Positions 41,537 through 52,165 of a stretch of DNA of 64,000 nucleotides are shown one piece after another. The stretch is from positions 32,001 to 96,000 of the forward strand of contig JAYPQH010000032.1 in the NCBI GenBank assembly GCA_038131935.1, in the 5' to 3' direction. The DNA comes from Alphaproteobacteria bacterium (lineage in GTDB: Bacteria; Pseudomonadota; Alphaproteobacteria; UBA8317). Under the pieces are notes generated by a model. The model saw nothing but the letters and a program-made list of their open reading frames with translations, made no database searches and had not been told where the DNA came from. Position 1 is the stretch's first letter. Every line of letters begins with the position of its first letter. The position numbers and the translations under genes are program-made.

Positions 41537-42379
41537 ACATTCTTTGGCCAACATCATTCGTAATTCCTGGGAATCTTCCATCATCACACCAGTGAATAAT
41601 GCAAAGCAATCCAGTGCTTGAGCAATGAATAATTCGTAACCAGATAAAAATTCAGCATTGGATTGCAACAATCTAGCACGAAACTCTGTTTCCACGGGCG
41701 TGTAAACAGCATCAAAACCCCAAGAGACCCCAGGTATGTAACCATCGGGAAGAGGGGTTGTTCCACAAACGCCATCCATTCCTAGGGGTGTAGCATTTAC
41801 CAACCCATCATAATCAAAGTCCCAAGGATCATCCTCACAACAATAGGCTGTTTGGGGGTACAAAATGTTTATATCTTTTGCGAGTGAAGAGGAATTTTTC
41901 TGGTTTTTGTCATAGATATAAAGCTGACCATGATTTTGTTGGTGAATTAATGATGCCAAGGCCATACCAATCGCCCTGCCCACACCTCCTCCACCTAAGA
42001 GAAGAACACGACCAGGCGTTTGGGTCCATTTGGTGGTAAAAGCACGCAAAAAACCTGTGTGATCTGTATTGTAACCCAACAACTCACCGTCAGCGTCATG
42101 AACCACTGTGTTTACAGCCCCTATTGATTGAACTTCAGCTGTTGCAGGTGTGACGATATCTAAAACCTTGGTTTTGTATGGCTGGGTGATGTTAACGCCG
42201 ACAAATTTTCCCCGTACACGCTGTTGTATGATCTCTAGCCATGATAGGCTTAATTGCTTTGGTATCAGCAAATCATAAGATACATCTAAACCAGCCAATC
42301 GCCCCAGCAGCTTGTGCAAGGCTGGGGAATGTGAAGAGGCAATATTGTCCCCAATCAAACCAAGCTGAATAGTCATCAT
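41531..42379 (-). CDS. Shikimate/quinate dehydrogenase family (AroE-like)
   Basis: SHSP, NITQPYK, GAVNT, NTD, GGGGVG, NATPLGM, VYTPVET. Confidence 0.88.
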   Translation of the reverse strand: MMTIQLGLIGDNIASSHSPALHKLLGRLAGLDVSYDLLIPKQLSLSWLEIIQQRVRGKFVGVNITQPYKTKVLDIVTPATAEVQSIGAVNTVVHDADGELLGYNTDHTGFLRAFTTKWTQTPGRVLLLGGGGVGRAIGMALASLIHQQNHGQLYIYDKNQKNSSSLAKDINILYPQTAYCCEDDPWDFDYDGLVNATPLGMDGVCGTTPLPDGYIPGVSWGFDAVYTPVETEFRARLLQSNAEFLSGYELFIAQALDCFALFTGVMMEDSQELRMMLAKECS

Positions 42380-42840
42380 TATTTTTTGCTATTCTGGGTA
42401 GCACGCCATTGATCAATGAGCTCCTGCTGGCGCGTCACCATACCCTCACAATTCTGGACCTCTCCTGTCCAAAATGTGACCAATTTGTCTATATTGTTAC
42501 GGTCGGAAAAAATCTTTTTCTCATAACCTTTGATCATATCTTCCATCTGTTGATTCACCTGGGCCATCGCTTCAGACGAGCCAAGTCCGGATTCAATAGC
42601 GAGGATTGACGCAGCAACAGCTGATCCACGCGCAAGTTTTACCAACAAGGCTGAAGCATCAACGTCATCCATCGCTTTGTACATATCAGACAAAAAACGA
42701 TAACTTACCGCACAACGCGTAAACGCCTCTTGCTCAGTTATCTCAACCACCGAAGGAACTTCTCGTTGCTGGGCGTTACCTTCACCAGCAATAACACCTT
42801 GCATGGCGACCACCAACAAAATCACTATAGTTCTGAACAC
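42379..42840 (-). CDS. Hypothetical exported helical protein
   Basis: Signal peptide, two Cys; TAATG overlap with the AroE-like gene. Confidence 0.65.
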   Translation of the reverse strand: MFRTIVILLVVAMQGVIAGEGNAQQREVPSVVEITEQEAFTRCAVSYRFLSDMYKAMDDVDASALLVKLARGSAVAASILAIESGLGSSEAMAQVNQQMEDMIKGYEKKIFSDRNNIDKLVTFWTGEVQNCEGMVTRQQELIDQWRATQNSKK

Positions 42841-42903
42841 GTCATTTCTCCCCCACCAAACGAAATATATCTACACATGATGTAGAAAGTTTGACCACCC
42901 CTT

Positions 42904-44172
42904 TCAGACAGTCGATTTGCGTTTTGGGTCAGATAACATGAGCAGGGTAAAACCAACCATGATAGGCATTAGCGCCAGTAAATTTAGGGCCGCATCAAAA
43001 CCACCCAAGAAATCCTCCGCAATACCAAGAGGTATAGGTCCTACGGAGGCACCAACTACGCCAATTGTTTGCCCGACACCCTGGATAGAGCCAAGATGCT
43101 CTCTTCCAAAGTAACGCGCCCACATAAAGCCAAAAAATGTCATGTTTGCAGCGGTGTTGATACCAAAACAAATAGCGTAGGCAAAACAAATCCATTCACT
43201 GCTCAAGCGACCTACCAAAAAAAGTGATCCAGCGAGTAGAAACATGGAAGCAGAAAAAATAAACCTAGGGTCTGTCTTATCCAGAATACGGCCAATGACA
43301 GGCATCGCAAATACCATGGTTAACGCAGAAACAGAGAACATTGCTGCCGCGAATTCTGCTGATAAGCCTTGCTGCTCAAAGATAGATACTTGATAGAAAA
43401 ACAATGTTGTTACGAGCATGGCAGGGGTAAACAAGCCTGCAGCAATCAACCAGAATGTTTGTGTCTTCATCGCCTCAGATAGCGTAAAACCTGATGATGA
43501 CTTCCCGTTCTTCCCGTCAACGTCAGGGGATATACCATCAGGATAAAGACCAACTTTTTCAGGCTTATCAACCACAAACAGGAAGATTAATGGAATCATA
43601 ACGATCCAGGTCATCACACCCAAGACAAACCAAGCCTCACGCCAGCCTAAAAGATTTATGAGATATTGAGATAAAATAGGGTGAATCGCAATTGAAGCTG
43701 AAAATCCAAGCATCATGATGCTCATTGCGGTTCCCCGCCGTGCAGAAAACCATTGTCCAACAAGCGTACTTGAGGTGAGCATCATGGAGCCTTGCCCAAA
43801 AAAACGTAACCCCATAAAGCCCACAGACAACATGAGAAGATTTACCGTTGCCCCAAAAAAGAAGCAAAAGATGCCCAATATGCCCACAACGCAGATCATT
43901 ACAAATTGGGCCCCAAATCGGTCCACCAACTTCCCCATGTAAGAGAGAAAGAAAGCTGCGAAGAGAGTGGCTAGGGAATAAGCTGTTGCAACTTCAGTTT
44001 TGGTTAAACCCAAATCTGCAGCGATGAGCGGCACAAATACTGAAAACGTATGTGATTGCCCCGGTCCTGAGAAAAACATTGAAAGCGTTGCGATTGCGAG
44101 GATAATCCAACCATAAAATGTAAAACTTGCAGCATTAGATGCCAATTTACTTGGATAACCATTCATGAACAC
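42904..44172 (-). CDS. MFS transporter
   Basis: SGPGQSHTFSVF, GKLVDRFG, WFSARRG, YFGREHLGSI. Confidence 0.9.
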   Translation of the reverse strand: MFMNGYPSKLASNAASFTFYGWIILAIATLSMFFSGPGQSHTFSVFVPLIAADLGLTKTEVATAYSLATLFAAFFLSYMGKLVDRFGAQFVMICVVGILGIFCFFFGATVNLLMLSVGFMGLRFFGQGSMMLTSSTLVGQWFSARRGTAMSIMMLGFSASIAIHPILSQYLINLLGWREAWFVLGVMTWIVMIPLIFLFVVDKPEKVGLYPDGISPDVDGKNGKSSSGFTLSEAMKTQTFWLIAAGLFTPAMLVTTLFFYQVSIFEQQGLSAEFAAAMFSVSALTMVFAMPVIGRILDKTDPRFIFSASMFLLAGSLFLVGRLSSEWICFAYAICFGINTAANMTFFGFMWARYFGREHLGSIQGVGQTIGVVGASVGPIPLGIAEDFLGGFDAALNLLALMPIMVGFTLLMLSDPKRKSTV

Positions 44173-44273
44173 AACCTCTCATCAAACTTTGCTGTGTTCA
44201 TTCTTTCTCAAACCTAGAAAAATGCCAACGGGCAAAATTGCTAGAGAACAGATTGTTGCCATGCAAAAAACGC

Positions 44274-44330
44274 AAAAGGGCTTGACCCTAGGGTCAAACC
44301 CTTTTCTGATGCCCATGGCCTAGGGCCATG
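44274..44330 (-). terminator. Tandem hairpins downstream of the small ORF
   Basis: AAAAGGGcTTGACCCTAGGGTCAAaCCCTTTT (44274-44305) and CATGGCC-tag-GGCCATG (44314-44330). Confidence 0.7.
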
Positions 44331-44344
44331 ACCAAATAGCGCCC

Positions 44345-44449
44345 TTAAATAATGCTGCTAGCAGCTGCCATGTAACCTGCCATCAACATGAACAAAACGG
44401 TTACAAAACCAAAAGTTTGAATAAGTCCTAACAAATCGTACTTCATCAT
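44345..44449 (-). CDS. 34-aa single-TM small protein (below ORF-track cutoff)
   Basis: MMKYDLLGLIQTFGFVTVLFMLMAGYMAAASSII*; GGAG RBS, own promoter and terminator candidates. Confidence 0.65.
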   Translation of the reverse strand: MMKYDLLGLIQTFGFVTVLFMLMAGYMAAASSII

Positions 44450-44524
44450 ATGCTCCAAATGCACATACGCAGAGATTTAAAGTGCCTAAGATCTGTCTGC
44501 GCCATCAATATCTTCGACAATGGT

Positions 44525-44590
44525 GATATGATGTTTCTTTACTCATAAAACAACAGAAATTGTTGCGACGCACAAATGCATAAAATGCAT
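44525..44590 (-). promoter_or_regulatory. Promoter with PhaR-like box and LysR-type palindrome
   Basis: Minus strand TTGTTT-N17-CATATC (44553-44525); TGCGACGCACAA at 44564-44575; ATGCAT-AAA-ATGCAT at 44576-44590. Confidence 0.55.
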
Positions 44591-44674
44591 AGCTAAGGAA
44601 GATTATTTATATAAAATTCAAAATTGTGGATAAAATACACCAAAATTATGAAGTTTTTAGGAAATTATGCGCAA

Positions 44675-45343
44675 TTATTGCATATCTTTTACCGAAAAAC
44701 GTTGCATCGCATACAAACCCATTGAAACGGTAGGTCCAACACCAATGGCGAAGATTAACGTGCCCCAACCCACAATACCGCCTAGCGCCATCCCACAAAT
44801 AACAGCTGATAGCTCTATAAAAGATCTCACCAAAGCAATAGGAAGATTGGTCACACGCTGACACCCTGTCATCAAACCATCACGTGGCCCAGCTCCAAGG
44901 TTTCCCACGAGGTAAACACCACTTCCAATACCCACCAACAGCACGCCCAAAACAACTTGCAATAGAACCATCGACAAAGACTCATGAGCAAAAGATACAA
45001 TAGGTGTCATCCACTCAATCATAACCGCGACAACCAAAGCATTTAGAAATGTTCCCCAACCAGGCTTTTGTGCCAATGGTATCCATAATAACAGAACAAG
45101 AATACTTACAATGAAGGTCGCAACACCTACAGAAATTGAACATTGCACCGACAAACCTTGCGCGAGAACAGTCCAAGGACTAACGCCAAAATGCGCACCA
45201 ATCATTAACGCCTCACCTGCACCGAAAATGCAAAGCCCAAGAATGGTAATAATCAGGGTCAATAAGGACGGCCTCAACACATAAGGTGTTGAGGCCGACC
45301 AAAATACTCTAGGAACCTGTCGAACGGTGAATATTTGCCACAT
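44675..45343 (-). CDS. YczE/YitT family membrane protein
   Basis: GVSPWTVLAQG, PGWGT, LGAGPRDGLM, GWGT. Confidence 0.85.
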   Translation of the reverse strand: MWQIFTVRQVPRVFWSASTPYVLRPSLLTLIITILGLCIFGAGEALMIGAHFGVSPWTVLAQGLSVQCSISVGVATFIVSILVLLLWIPLAQKPGWGTFLNALVVAVMIEWMTPIVSFAHESLSMVLLQVVLGVLLVGIGSGVYLVGNLGAGPRDGLMTGCQRVTNLPIALVRSFIELSAVICGMALGGIVGWGTLIFAIGVGPTVSMGLYAMQRFSVKDMQ

Positions 45344-45374
45344 ATGTGGAGTTAACTTTATAAAATGATCACGT

Positions 45375-46121
45375 TTAAACTGTCATACCACCATCGATAG
45401 ACAATGATTGCCCCGTCATGAATTCACTCTCATCACTAGCAAGGTATGCGGCCAGAGAGGCTATTTCGTGAGCTTCGCCCAATCTCCCCATTGGCTGTCT
45501 TGCAATAAAAGCTGCACGGTTTTCTTCATAAGAACCAGGAAGTGCATTGATGCGATCTTCTAATGATGGACTTTGCACCGTTCCAGGGAGAATGGCATTA
45601 CATCTAATCTTGTGCGCAATAAAATCAGCTGCGACAGATTTTGTCAGGCCTTGCACCGCCGCTTTGCTCACACCATAAACAAATCTGTTGGGCAATCCTC
45701 GTGAAACCGATGCGACCGAAGAAATGTTGATCACTGATCCACCTTTTCCATGAGCAAGCATATTGGGTAAAAATGCCTGAATTGTCCGGAACATAGAGCG
45801 GGCATTCAAGTCCATTGCAAAATCCCATTCATCTTCTGTTGCATCCAATACATTCCCATGATGAACAAAGCCCGCAACATTCATCAATGTGGTGACATCG
45901 GGATGCCTAGCTGCGGCTGCGAAGATCTGTTCACGATCGAGAGCATCTAAACTTTCCACCTGAATATTTTCGTGGGACGAAGCCCAAGCTGACAAAACAT
46001 CCGTATTTTTGTCCGTTGCCACAACTTGAGCACCTTCTTGGGCAAACCGTTCTGCACACGCACGTCCAATCCCTTGGCCCGCAGCCGTCACAAATACTTT
46101 TTTTCCTACCAAACGTTTCAT
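45375..46121 (-). CDS. SDR, 2-keto-3-deoxy-L-fuconate dehydrogenase / BDH2-like
   Basis: TAAGQGIG, AGFVHHG, PNRFVYGVSK, PGTVQSPSL, FIARQPMGRLG. Confidence 0.85.
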   Translation of the reverse strand: MKRLVGKKVFVTAAGQGIGRACAERFAQEGAQVVATDKNTDVLSAWASSHENIQVESLDALDREQIFAAAARHPDVTTLMNVAGFVHHGNVLDATEDEWDFAMDLNARSMFRTIQAFLPNMLAHGKGGSVINISSVASVSRGLPNRFVYGVSKAAVQGLTKSVAADFIAHKIRCNAILPGTVQSPSLEDRINALPGSYEENRAAFIARQPMGRLGEAHEIASLAAYLASDESEFMTGQSLSIDGGMTV

Positions 46122-46134
46122 TTACTTCCCCTTT

Positions 46135-47915
46135 TTAATGATTATCTCTAGGTAATTTTTCACCAACACGCTGATAATTTGTTGCAAATTCAAGACAACC
46201 GCCACCAGAAAGTTGCCCACATGGTTACGGAACAGTTCCTGCCAAGGCGTTTGATTTTCAGGATAATGCGGTTTCTTTGTTGCCTTTCGACGCTCCCATT
46301 CTGCTTCATCCACAAGAGCTTCCAAACGTCTGCCAGGAACATCTAGGCGAACACGGTCATTGGTTTCCAAATAAAGCAAGCCTCCTCCAACAGCTGCTTC
46401 AGGTGAAGCATTCAGGATAGACGGGCTTTCTGACGTTCCAGATTGACGACCATCTCCGACGGTCGGCAAATGATTAATGCCCTGTGCAATCAGCGCATCA
46501 GAAGGCTGCATATTTACAACCTCGGCGGCACCAGGATAACCCACTGGCCCTACATTTCGCACAAACAGAATACAGTTTTCATCAATATTAAGCTCCGGAT
46601 CGTTGATACGATCATGATAGTCTTCTGGCCCTTCGAAGACGATCGCCCTAGCTTCAAAAACACCAGGAGCATCCGGATTTGATAAGAATCTGCGCTCAAA
46701 ATCCTCTGAGATCACAGAAACCTTCATTAGAGCATTATCAAACAGATTTCCAGAAAGAACAACAAAACCTGCTTTTTCCCGCATTGGTGTTGAGACCGGA
46801 TAAATGAACTGACCATCTGGCGACCCAATATCCGACAAATTCTCTGCCAAGGTTTTTCCTGTAACTGTCATGACATCACCATGTAATAGCCCTGCATCGA
46901 GAAGAGCCTTCATCACCACCGGAACACCACCTGCACGATGGAACGATTCTCCAAGAAATTTCCCGGCTGGCTGCATGTTCACAAGCAAAGGAACTTCATA
47001 ACCGAAATCTTGCCAATCATCGACACTCATTTGAAGCCCCGCATGACGTGCAATAGCCGTTACATGGGGAGGCGCATTCGTTGATCCACCGATCGCTGTA
47101 TTTACTTTAATGACGTTTTCCAAAGCATGCTGCGTGATAATATCAGACGGTTTTAATCCCTCACGTACCATGTCTACGATCCTTTTACCGGTCTCGTACG
47201 CCATGGCCATACGCTCTCGATATGGCGCTGGTATGGCGGCACAACCAGGCAATGACATTCCCATAGCTTCCGCCAAGGCATTCATGGTGGACGCTGTCCC
47301 CATGGTATTACAGTGACCTAAGGAGGGTGCAGAGGCGCAGACACGACTCATGAATTCTTCATAGTCAATTTTTCCTTCAGCTAACAATCTCCTGCTTTCC
47401 CAAACAACCGTTCCAGATCCCGCTAGCTCTCCGCGCCACCAACCATCAAGCATGGGGCCGCCAGATAATGCAATCGCTGGCAAATCAACGGTAACAGCCC
47501 CCATCAACATAGCTGGTGTTGTTTTGTCACAACCTGTGGTGAGCACCACCCCATCAATGGGGTAGCCATGTAGCACCTCCACCAAGCTCAAATAAGCTAG
47601 GTTACGATCGATGGCAGCAGTTGGCCGCTTTCCAGTCTCCTGGATTGGATGCACGGGAAACTCGATGGGCACACCGCCAGCATCTCTGATGCCAGCACGC
47701 ACGCGTTCTGCCAAAAACATATGTATTTTGTTGCAAGGGGCAAGATCCGACCCTGTTTGTGCCAAACCAATGATAGGACGGCCAGATGTAAGCTCTTCTC
47801 TCGTATATCCATGGTTTTGATAACGCTCCACATACAACGCCGTCATCCCAGGATTATCGGGGTTATTGAACCATTCCTCACTTCGGTATTTTTTTTCTGT
47901 TTTCGGACCAGACAA
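46135..47915 (-). CDS. IlvD/Edd sugar-acid dehydratase (XylD-like; frameshift in a G-run near 46218)
   Basis: RSEEWFNNP..PGMTALY, PCN, TGCDKT, HCNTMGTASTM, DGRQSGT; shifted frame ends LPRDNH*. Confidence 0.9.
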
Positions 47916-47927
47916 GACACTTTCCTC

Positions 47928-49091
47928 CTAGGCAATTAGCTTTGTGTAATGGTTCATCAATTCTGCTTTTTCTTCAATACCAATACCTGGTACTTCGGGG
48001 AGACGAACCTTGCCATTTTCTACCGACACCCCGTCTGCAAAGCCATTAAATGGATAGAACACGTCTGGATAACTTTCATTTCCGCCAAGGCCCAATCCTG
48101 CCGCAATATTCAACGCAAATTGATGCCCACCATGGGGTATACAATCACGGAGTGAAAAACCCATATCTCTAATAATTTTCGTTGTCCGCAAATATTCTAC
48201 GAGACCGTAGCTTAAAGCAGGGTCAAACTGGAGCTTATCAAGCCCAGTACGCATACCTCCGTAGCGCAACAAATTTTGAGCATCGAGGGAAGAAAATAAA
48301 TTTTCTCCCGTGGCCATGGCGCCATCATAATGATTTGCCAACTCAGCCTGCAGAGCAAAATCAAGGGGATCACCTACTTCTTCATACCAGCGAAGATTAT
48401 AACCTTTTATGGCATGACCAAATTCAATAGCTTGTTTCAAATCAAACCGACCATTTACATCAACCGCGAGACGCTCACCTGTTCCAACAACCCCCAAAAC
48501 AGCCTCTATCCGCGCCATATCTTCGGAAGTGGGCACAGCTCCCACCTTCATTTTTACCTCATTATAACCGCGATCTAAATAACTTTTCATTTCGTCTCGC
48601 AGCCCATCTAGTCCTTTACCAGGGTAATAATACCCTCCTGCTGCATAGACAGAAACAAATGGGTCAGGTTCAGCATCATTGAAACGTTCAGCAATAACCC
48701 GGAAAAGCGGTTTTTCTTCAATCTTGGCAACAGCATCCCAAATAGCCATATCCAAAACCCCCACGGCAACAGAGCGGTCACCATGCCCACCAGGTTTCTC
48801 GTTGGCCATCATCGCGGCATGTGCTTTAAACGGGTCTATATTTTCACGTTCATCATCTAAGATATTATGGCCTACCTTTTCTAACCTGGGAATAAATCGC
48901 TCTCTCAACAACCCTTGCTGCGCATAGCGCCCATTAGAGTTAAATCCATAACCCACGACAGGTTTTCCATCTCGAATAACATCTGTGACCACAGCAACTA
49001 TACTCGCTGTCATGGACGAAAAATCCACGAATGCATTTGCAATATCACTTCTTATCGGAACAACAGTATCCAAAACCTTTACAATTTTCAT
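47928..49091 (-). CDS. tarD: D-tartrate dehydratase-like enolase superfamily enzyme
   Basis: GYGFNSNGRY, NEKPGGHG.RSVAVG, YAAGGYYYPGK, KMK, WYEEVGDPLD, IPHGGHQ, GNESYP, as in Bradyrhizobium TarD. Confidence 0.85.
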   Translation of the reverse strand: MKIVKVLDTVVPIRSDIANAFVDFSSMTASIVAVVTDVIRDGKPVVGYGFNSNGRYAQQGLLRERFIPRLEKVGHNILDDERENIDPFKAHAAMMANEKPGGHGDRSVAVGVLDMAIWDAVAKIEEKPLFRVIAERFNDAEPDPFVSVYAAGGYYYPGKGLDGLRDEMKSYLDRGYNEVKMKVGAVPTSEDMARIEAVLGVVGTGERLAVDVNGRFDLKQAIEFGHAIKGYNLRWYEEVGDPLDFALQAELANHYDGAMATGENLFSSLDAQNLLRYGGMRTGLDKLQFDPALSYGLVEYLRTTKIIRDMGFSLRDCIPHGGHQFALNIAAGLGLGGNESYPDVFYPFNGFADGVSVENGKVRLPEVPGIGIEEKAELMNHYTKLIA

Positions 49092-49209
49092 AGGTAATTT
49101 TTCTCCAATATCTTTTCTTATGGCTTGATTTGGTCTTCATTCATGAAGAAGATATCAACTTCGAAACCAATACAAAATTATGTTTTTTGTGATGACAGGG
49201 AGAACGCAA

Positions 49210-49962
49210 ATGAGCAATAGCTTGCAGCAATGTTGGTCTAATAATGGTAAAGCGCTTAATGGTTGGCTTAGCAGCCCGAGCCCGTTTCATGCCGAAATCA
49301 TGGGTATGCAAAACTTTGAATCAATTACCATAGATCTTCAACATGGATTGGTAGAATATCGTGATGCTGTGTTGATGATGCAAGCCATGTCACACGCCAA
49401 TGCCACAATGATGTGCCGTATACCTTGGTTAGAACCAGGTATTATTATGAAAATGTTAGATGCTGGTGCGATGGGCATTATTTGCCCAATGATCAATACT
49501 GCAGAACAAGCGCACCAGTTTGTTGGCGCCACCCGTTATGCTCCTGATGGATACCGATCTTCTGGCCCTATTCGAGCTGGGCTACTACAAGCTGATTATC
49601 ATACGCAGGCAAACAAAACGATCGCATCTTTGGCAATGATTGAGACGGTTGAAGCCGTGGGCAATGCAGAAGCCATTTGCGCAACGGAGGGATTAACCGG
49701 TATTTATGTCGGCCCTAGTGATTTGGCTATTTCCATGGGCGAAGGACCAGGCTTAGACAGGCCAGAAGGCGTGGTTAAAGACACCATCAAAAATATATTA
49801 AAAATAGCGAAATCTGCTGGCATTAAAGCATGCATTCATTGCGGTAGCCCCGCTTATATTCGAGAAATGTATGAACTAGGTTTTGATCTCTGCACGCTGA
49901 ACACTGACATCCGAATATTTGCCCAAGCAGTTTCCAATCAAATTTCTGAGGTCAAATCATGA
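49210..49962 (+). CDS. HpcH/HpaI aldolase
   Basis: DLQHG, LDAGAMGIICPM, RYAP.G.RS.GP, MIET, GPSDL. Confidence 0.9.
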   Translation: MSNSLQQCWSNNGKALNGWLSSPSPFHAEIMGMQNFESITIDLQHGLVEYRDAVLMMQAMSHANATMMCRIPWLEPGIIMKMLDAGAMGIICPMINTAEQAHQFVGATRYAPDGYRSSGPIRAGLLQADYHTQANKTIASLAMIETVEAVGNAEAICATEGLTGIYVGPSDLAISMGEGPGLDRPEGVVKDTIKNILKIAKSAGIKACIHCGSPAYIREMYELGFDLCTLNTDIRIFAQAVSNQISEVKS

Positions 49963-51086
49963 AGAATGTCCGAGAAGAAAATGGTCAAGTTTTCGTCGCG
50001 GCTGACGCGATGAAAGAGTTGGTCAAAAAAACATTTTTTGGATTGGGTTGCTCAGAAAAAGAGAGCCTTTGTATTGCGGAGAGGCTCACCGGAGCCAATC
50101 TTCGTGGTCATGATAGCCATGGCGTTATTCGCGTTCCTCGTTATGCGCAATGGTTGGGTGATGGAATTCTGGTAGCAAACGTGCAGCCCGATGTTGTACT
50201 TGAAAATGAGGTCTTGGCTATTGTTGATGGAAAGCAAGGGTTTGGACAATCAGTTGGTGAGTATGCTGTGGACGTCGGCATCAGAAAAGCTGGCACACAT
50301 GGCGTTTGTATTGTTGGGCTTAAAAATGCTGGCCATCTTGGCCGCATAGGCGACTGGGCAGAACGTGCAGCAGCAGAGGGACTTGTGTCCATCCATATGG
50401 TTAATGTGCGCGGCAGTCTCATTGTGGCGCCGTTTGGCGGCATTGACCGGCGTGGCAGCACATCTCCATTCTGTGCCGGCATTCCTCTTACCTCAAATGA
50501 GCCTCCCATTATTTTAGACATGGCCACATCAGTCGTCGCTGAAGGCAAGGCTTTGGTCGCCTTCAAAGGTGGAAAACCTCTTCCCAATGATGCCATTGTT
50601 ACAGGTGACGGCACCATTACAGGAGATCCATCGTCTTTATACGGAGACACAGAGCCTGGGCGCTACCCCGATCCTAACAATGGAACAGGAGCTTTACGAG
50701 CATTCGGCGATCACAAAGGTGGTGGGCTTAACTTCTTAATGGAAATGATGGCAGGAGCGTTAACTGGATCAGGGTGCTCTGGAAGCTTGCATGGGCCGCA
50801 GCGCCCTTTTGCAAATGGTATGCTCTCTGTTTATCTAGACCCACAAAAGTTTGGGCATCAAAATGATGGTTTTGTAGCAGAAGTAAAGTCCTATGTAGAG
50901 TTCGTGAAAAGCTCAAGACCAACAACCCCTGGGGGATCTGTACTCATTCCTGGTGAAAAAGAATTGGCTGTTTTGGAAGAAAGAACCCAAACCGGACTCC
51001 CACTCGCCCCTCAAGCATGGCAGGATATATTGGACACGGCACATGCCTCAGGCATGAGTGATACAGATCTTAATCATATTTTATGA
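49959..51086 (+). CDS. Malate/lactate/ureidoglycolate dehydrogenase (Ldh_2, YbiC/HcxB-like)
   Basis: ANLRGHDSHG, GFGQ, HLGRIGDWAE, LDMATS..AEGK, FGDHKG, IPGE; ATGA overlap. Confidence 0.9.
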   Translation: MKNVREENGQVFVAADAMKELVKKTFFGLGCSEKESLCIAERLTGANLRGHDSHGVIRVPRYAQWLGDGILVANVQPDVVLENEVLAIVDGKQGFGQSVGEYAVDVGIRKAGTHGVCIVGLKNAGHLGRIGDWAERAAAEGLVSIHMVNVRGSLIVAPFGGIDRRGSTSPFCAGIPLTSNEPPIILDMATSVVAEGKALVAFKGGKPLPNDAIVTGDGTITGDPSSLYGDTEPGRYPDPNNGTGALRAFGDHKGGGLNFLMEMMAGALTGSGCSGSLHGPQRPFANGMLSVYLDPQKFGHQNDGFVAEVKSYVEFVKSSRPTTPGGSVLIPGEKELAVLEERTQTGLPLAPQAWQDILDTAHASGMSDTDLNHIL

Positions 51087-51106
51087 TTATGTATTATAAG
51101 GAACGG

Positions 51107-51127
51107 GAGGGCTCAGTCTGAGCCCTC
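51107..51127. terminator. Palindrome between convergent genes
   Basis: GAGGGCTCAG-T-CTGAGCCCTC. Confidence 0.6.
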
Positions 51128-51132
51128 TAACG

Positions 51133-52145
51133 TTAAAGACGATCTTTTAAATATGCTTCGTTCTGACAATTTCGTACGGTTTTGTTCCGTAAAAACTCTG
51201 CAACCGTTTTTACAGACTTCAGACGCATATCCTCAACACCCTCCGGGGTATAAAATGCGGCGTGGGGTGTCAGCATAAAACGACCCGTCAACCAAGTCTC
51301 TCTTTTGGCAAACGCTTGGATTAATGGATGGTCTGTCTGAGGTGGCTCTGTAGGCCATACATCTAACGCGGCCCCCGCAATCATGTTTTCATGAAGAGCG
51401 TGATACAGTGCATCGACATCGACTGTCGGACCTCTTGAGGTATTCACAAGAACAGCATGCTCTTTCATCCGCGATAGCATGTCAGCGTTCACAATATGGT
51501 GTGTTTGCTCTGTAAAAGGTGTATGAACGCTAATATTGTCAGAATGCTCAAAAAATTCTTCTAAATGTTCAAAGCGCCGAAACCATGTGCGAGATCTGCA
51601 CCATCAGGAAGATGAGGATCATAAAAGCCCACCTCCATGTCGAGTGCTTTTGCTCTTCGTGCTGCAGCCAAACCAATACGGCCCAATCCCAAAACACCAA
51701 ATGATTGCCCACGCAGTCGACGAATGCAAGGATTGGGCACAGCATGCCAGTGATCATGCGCATTTTCACGCATATGAACTTCATATATGGTCAGACCACG
51801 TCTGAGGGCCATCAATAAACTTATGGCATGGTCAGCCACATCTGTGGTCCCATAATCTGGCACGTTACAAACAGGAATACCGCGCGAACCAAACGCTTTT
51901 AAATCAAGACCATCAAAACCAACTCCACCACGAACAATGATTTTAACAGCCTTCATCTTATCCATATTTTGCGTAACAAGACGTGATCCTCTATAGGTCA
52001 CAACCCCATCACACGCAGCCCAGGCAGCATCCGTCACCTCCTCAGTCTTATCAAACTGTAGAACCTCACAATCTGCTCCAAGGAAGTCTTTTTCTAATTT
52101 ATTACTGTCCCAACCATGTTTGTCTGTAATCAAAATTTTAAACAT
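51133..52145 (-). CDS. D-2-hydroxyacid dehydrogenase, CtBP-like (frameshift near 51578)
   Basis: GVGFD, NVPDYG, GLGRIG; second ORF VNTSRG, ALDV...EPP, TPHAAFY. Confidence 0.88.
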
Positions 52146-52165
52146 AAAAACATTCCTTCATAAGC

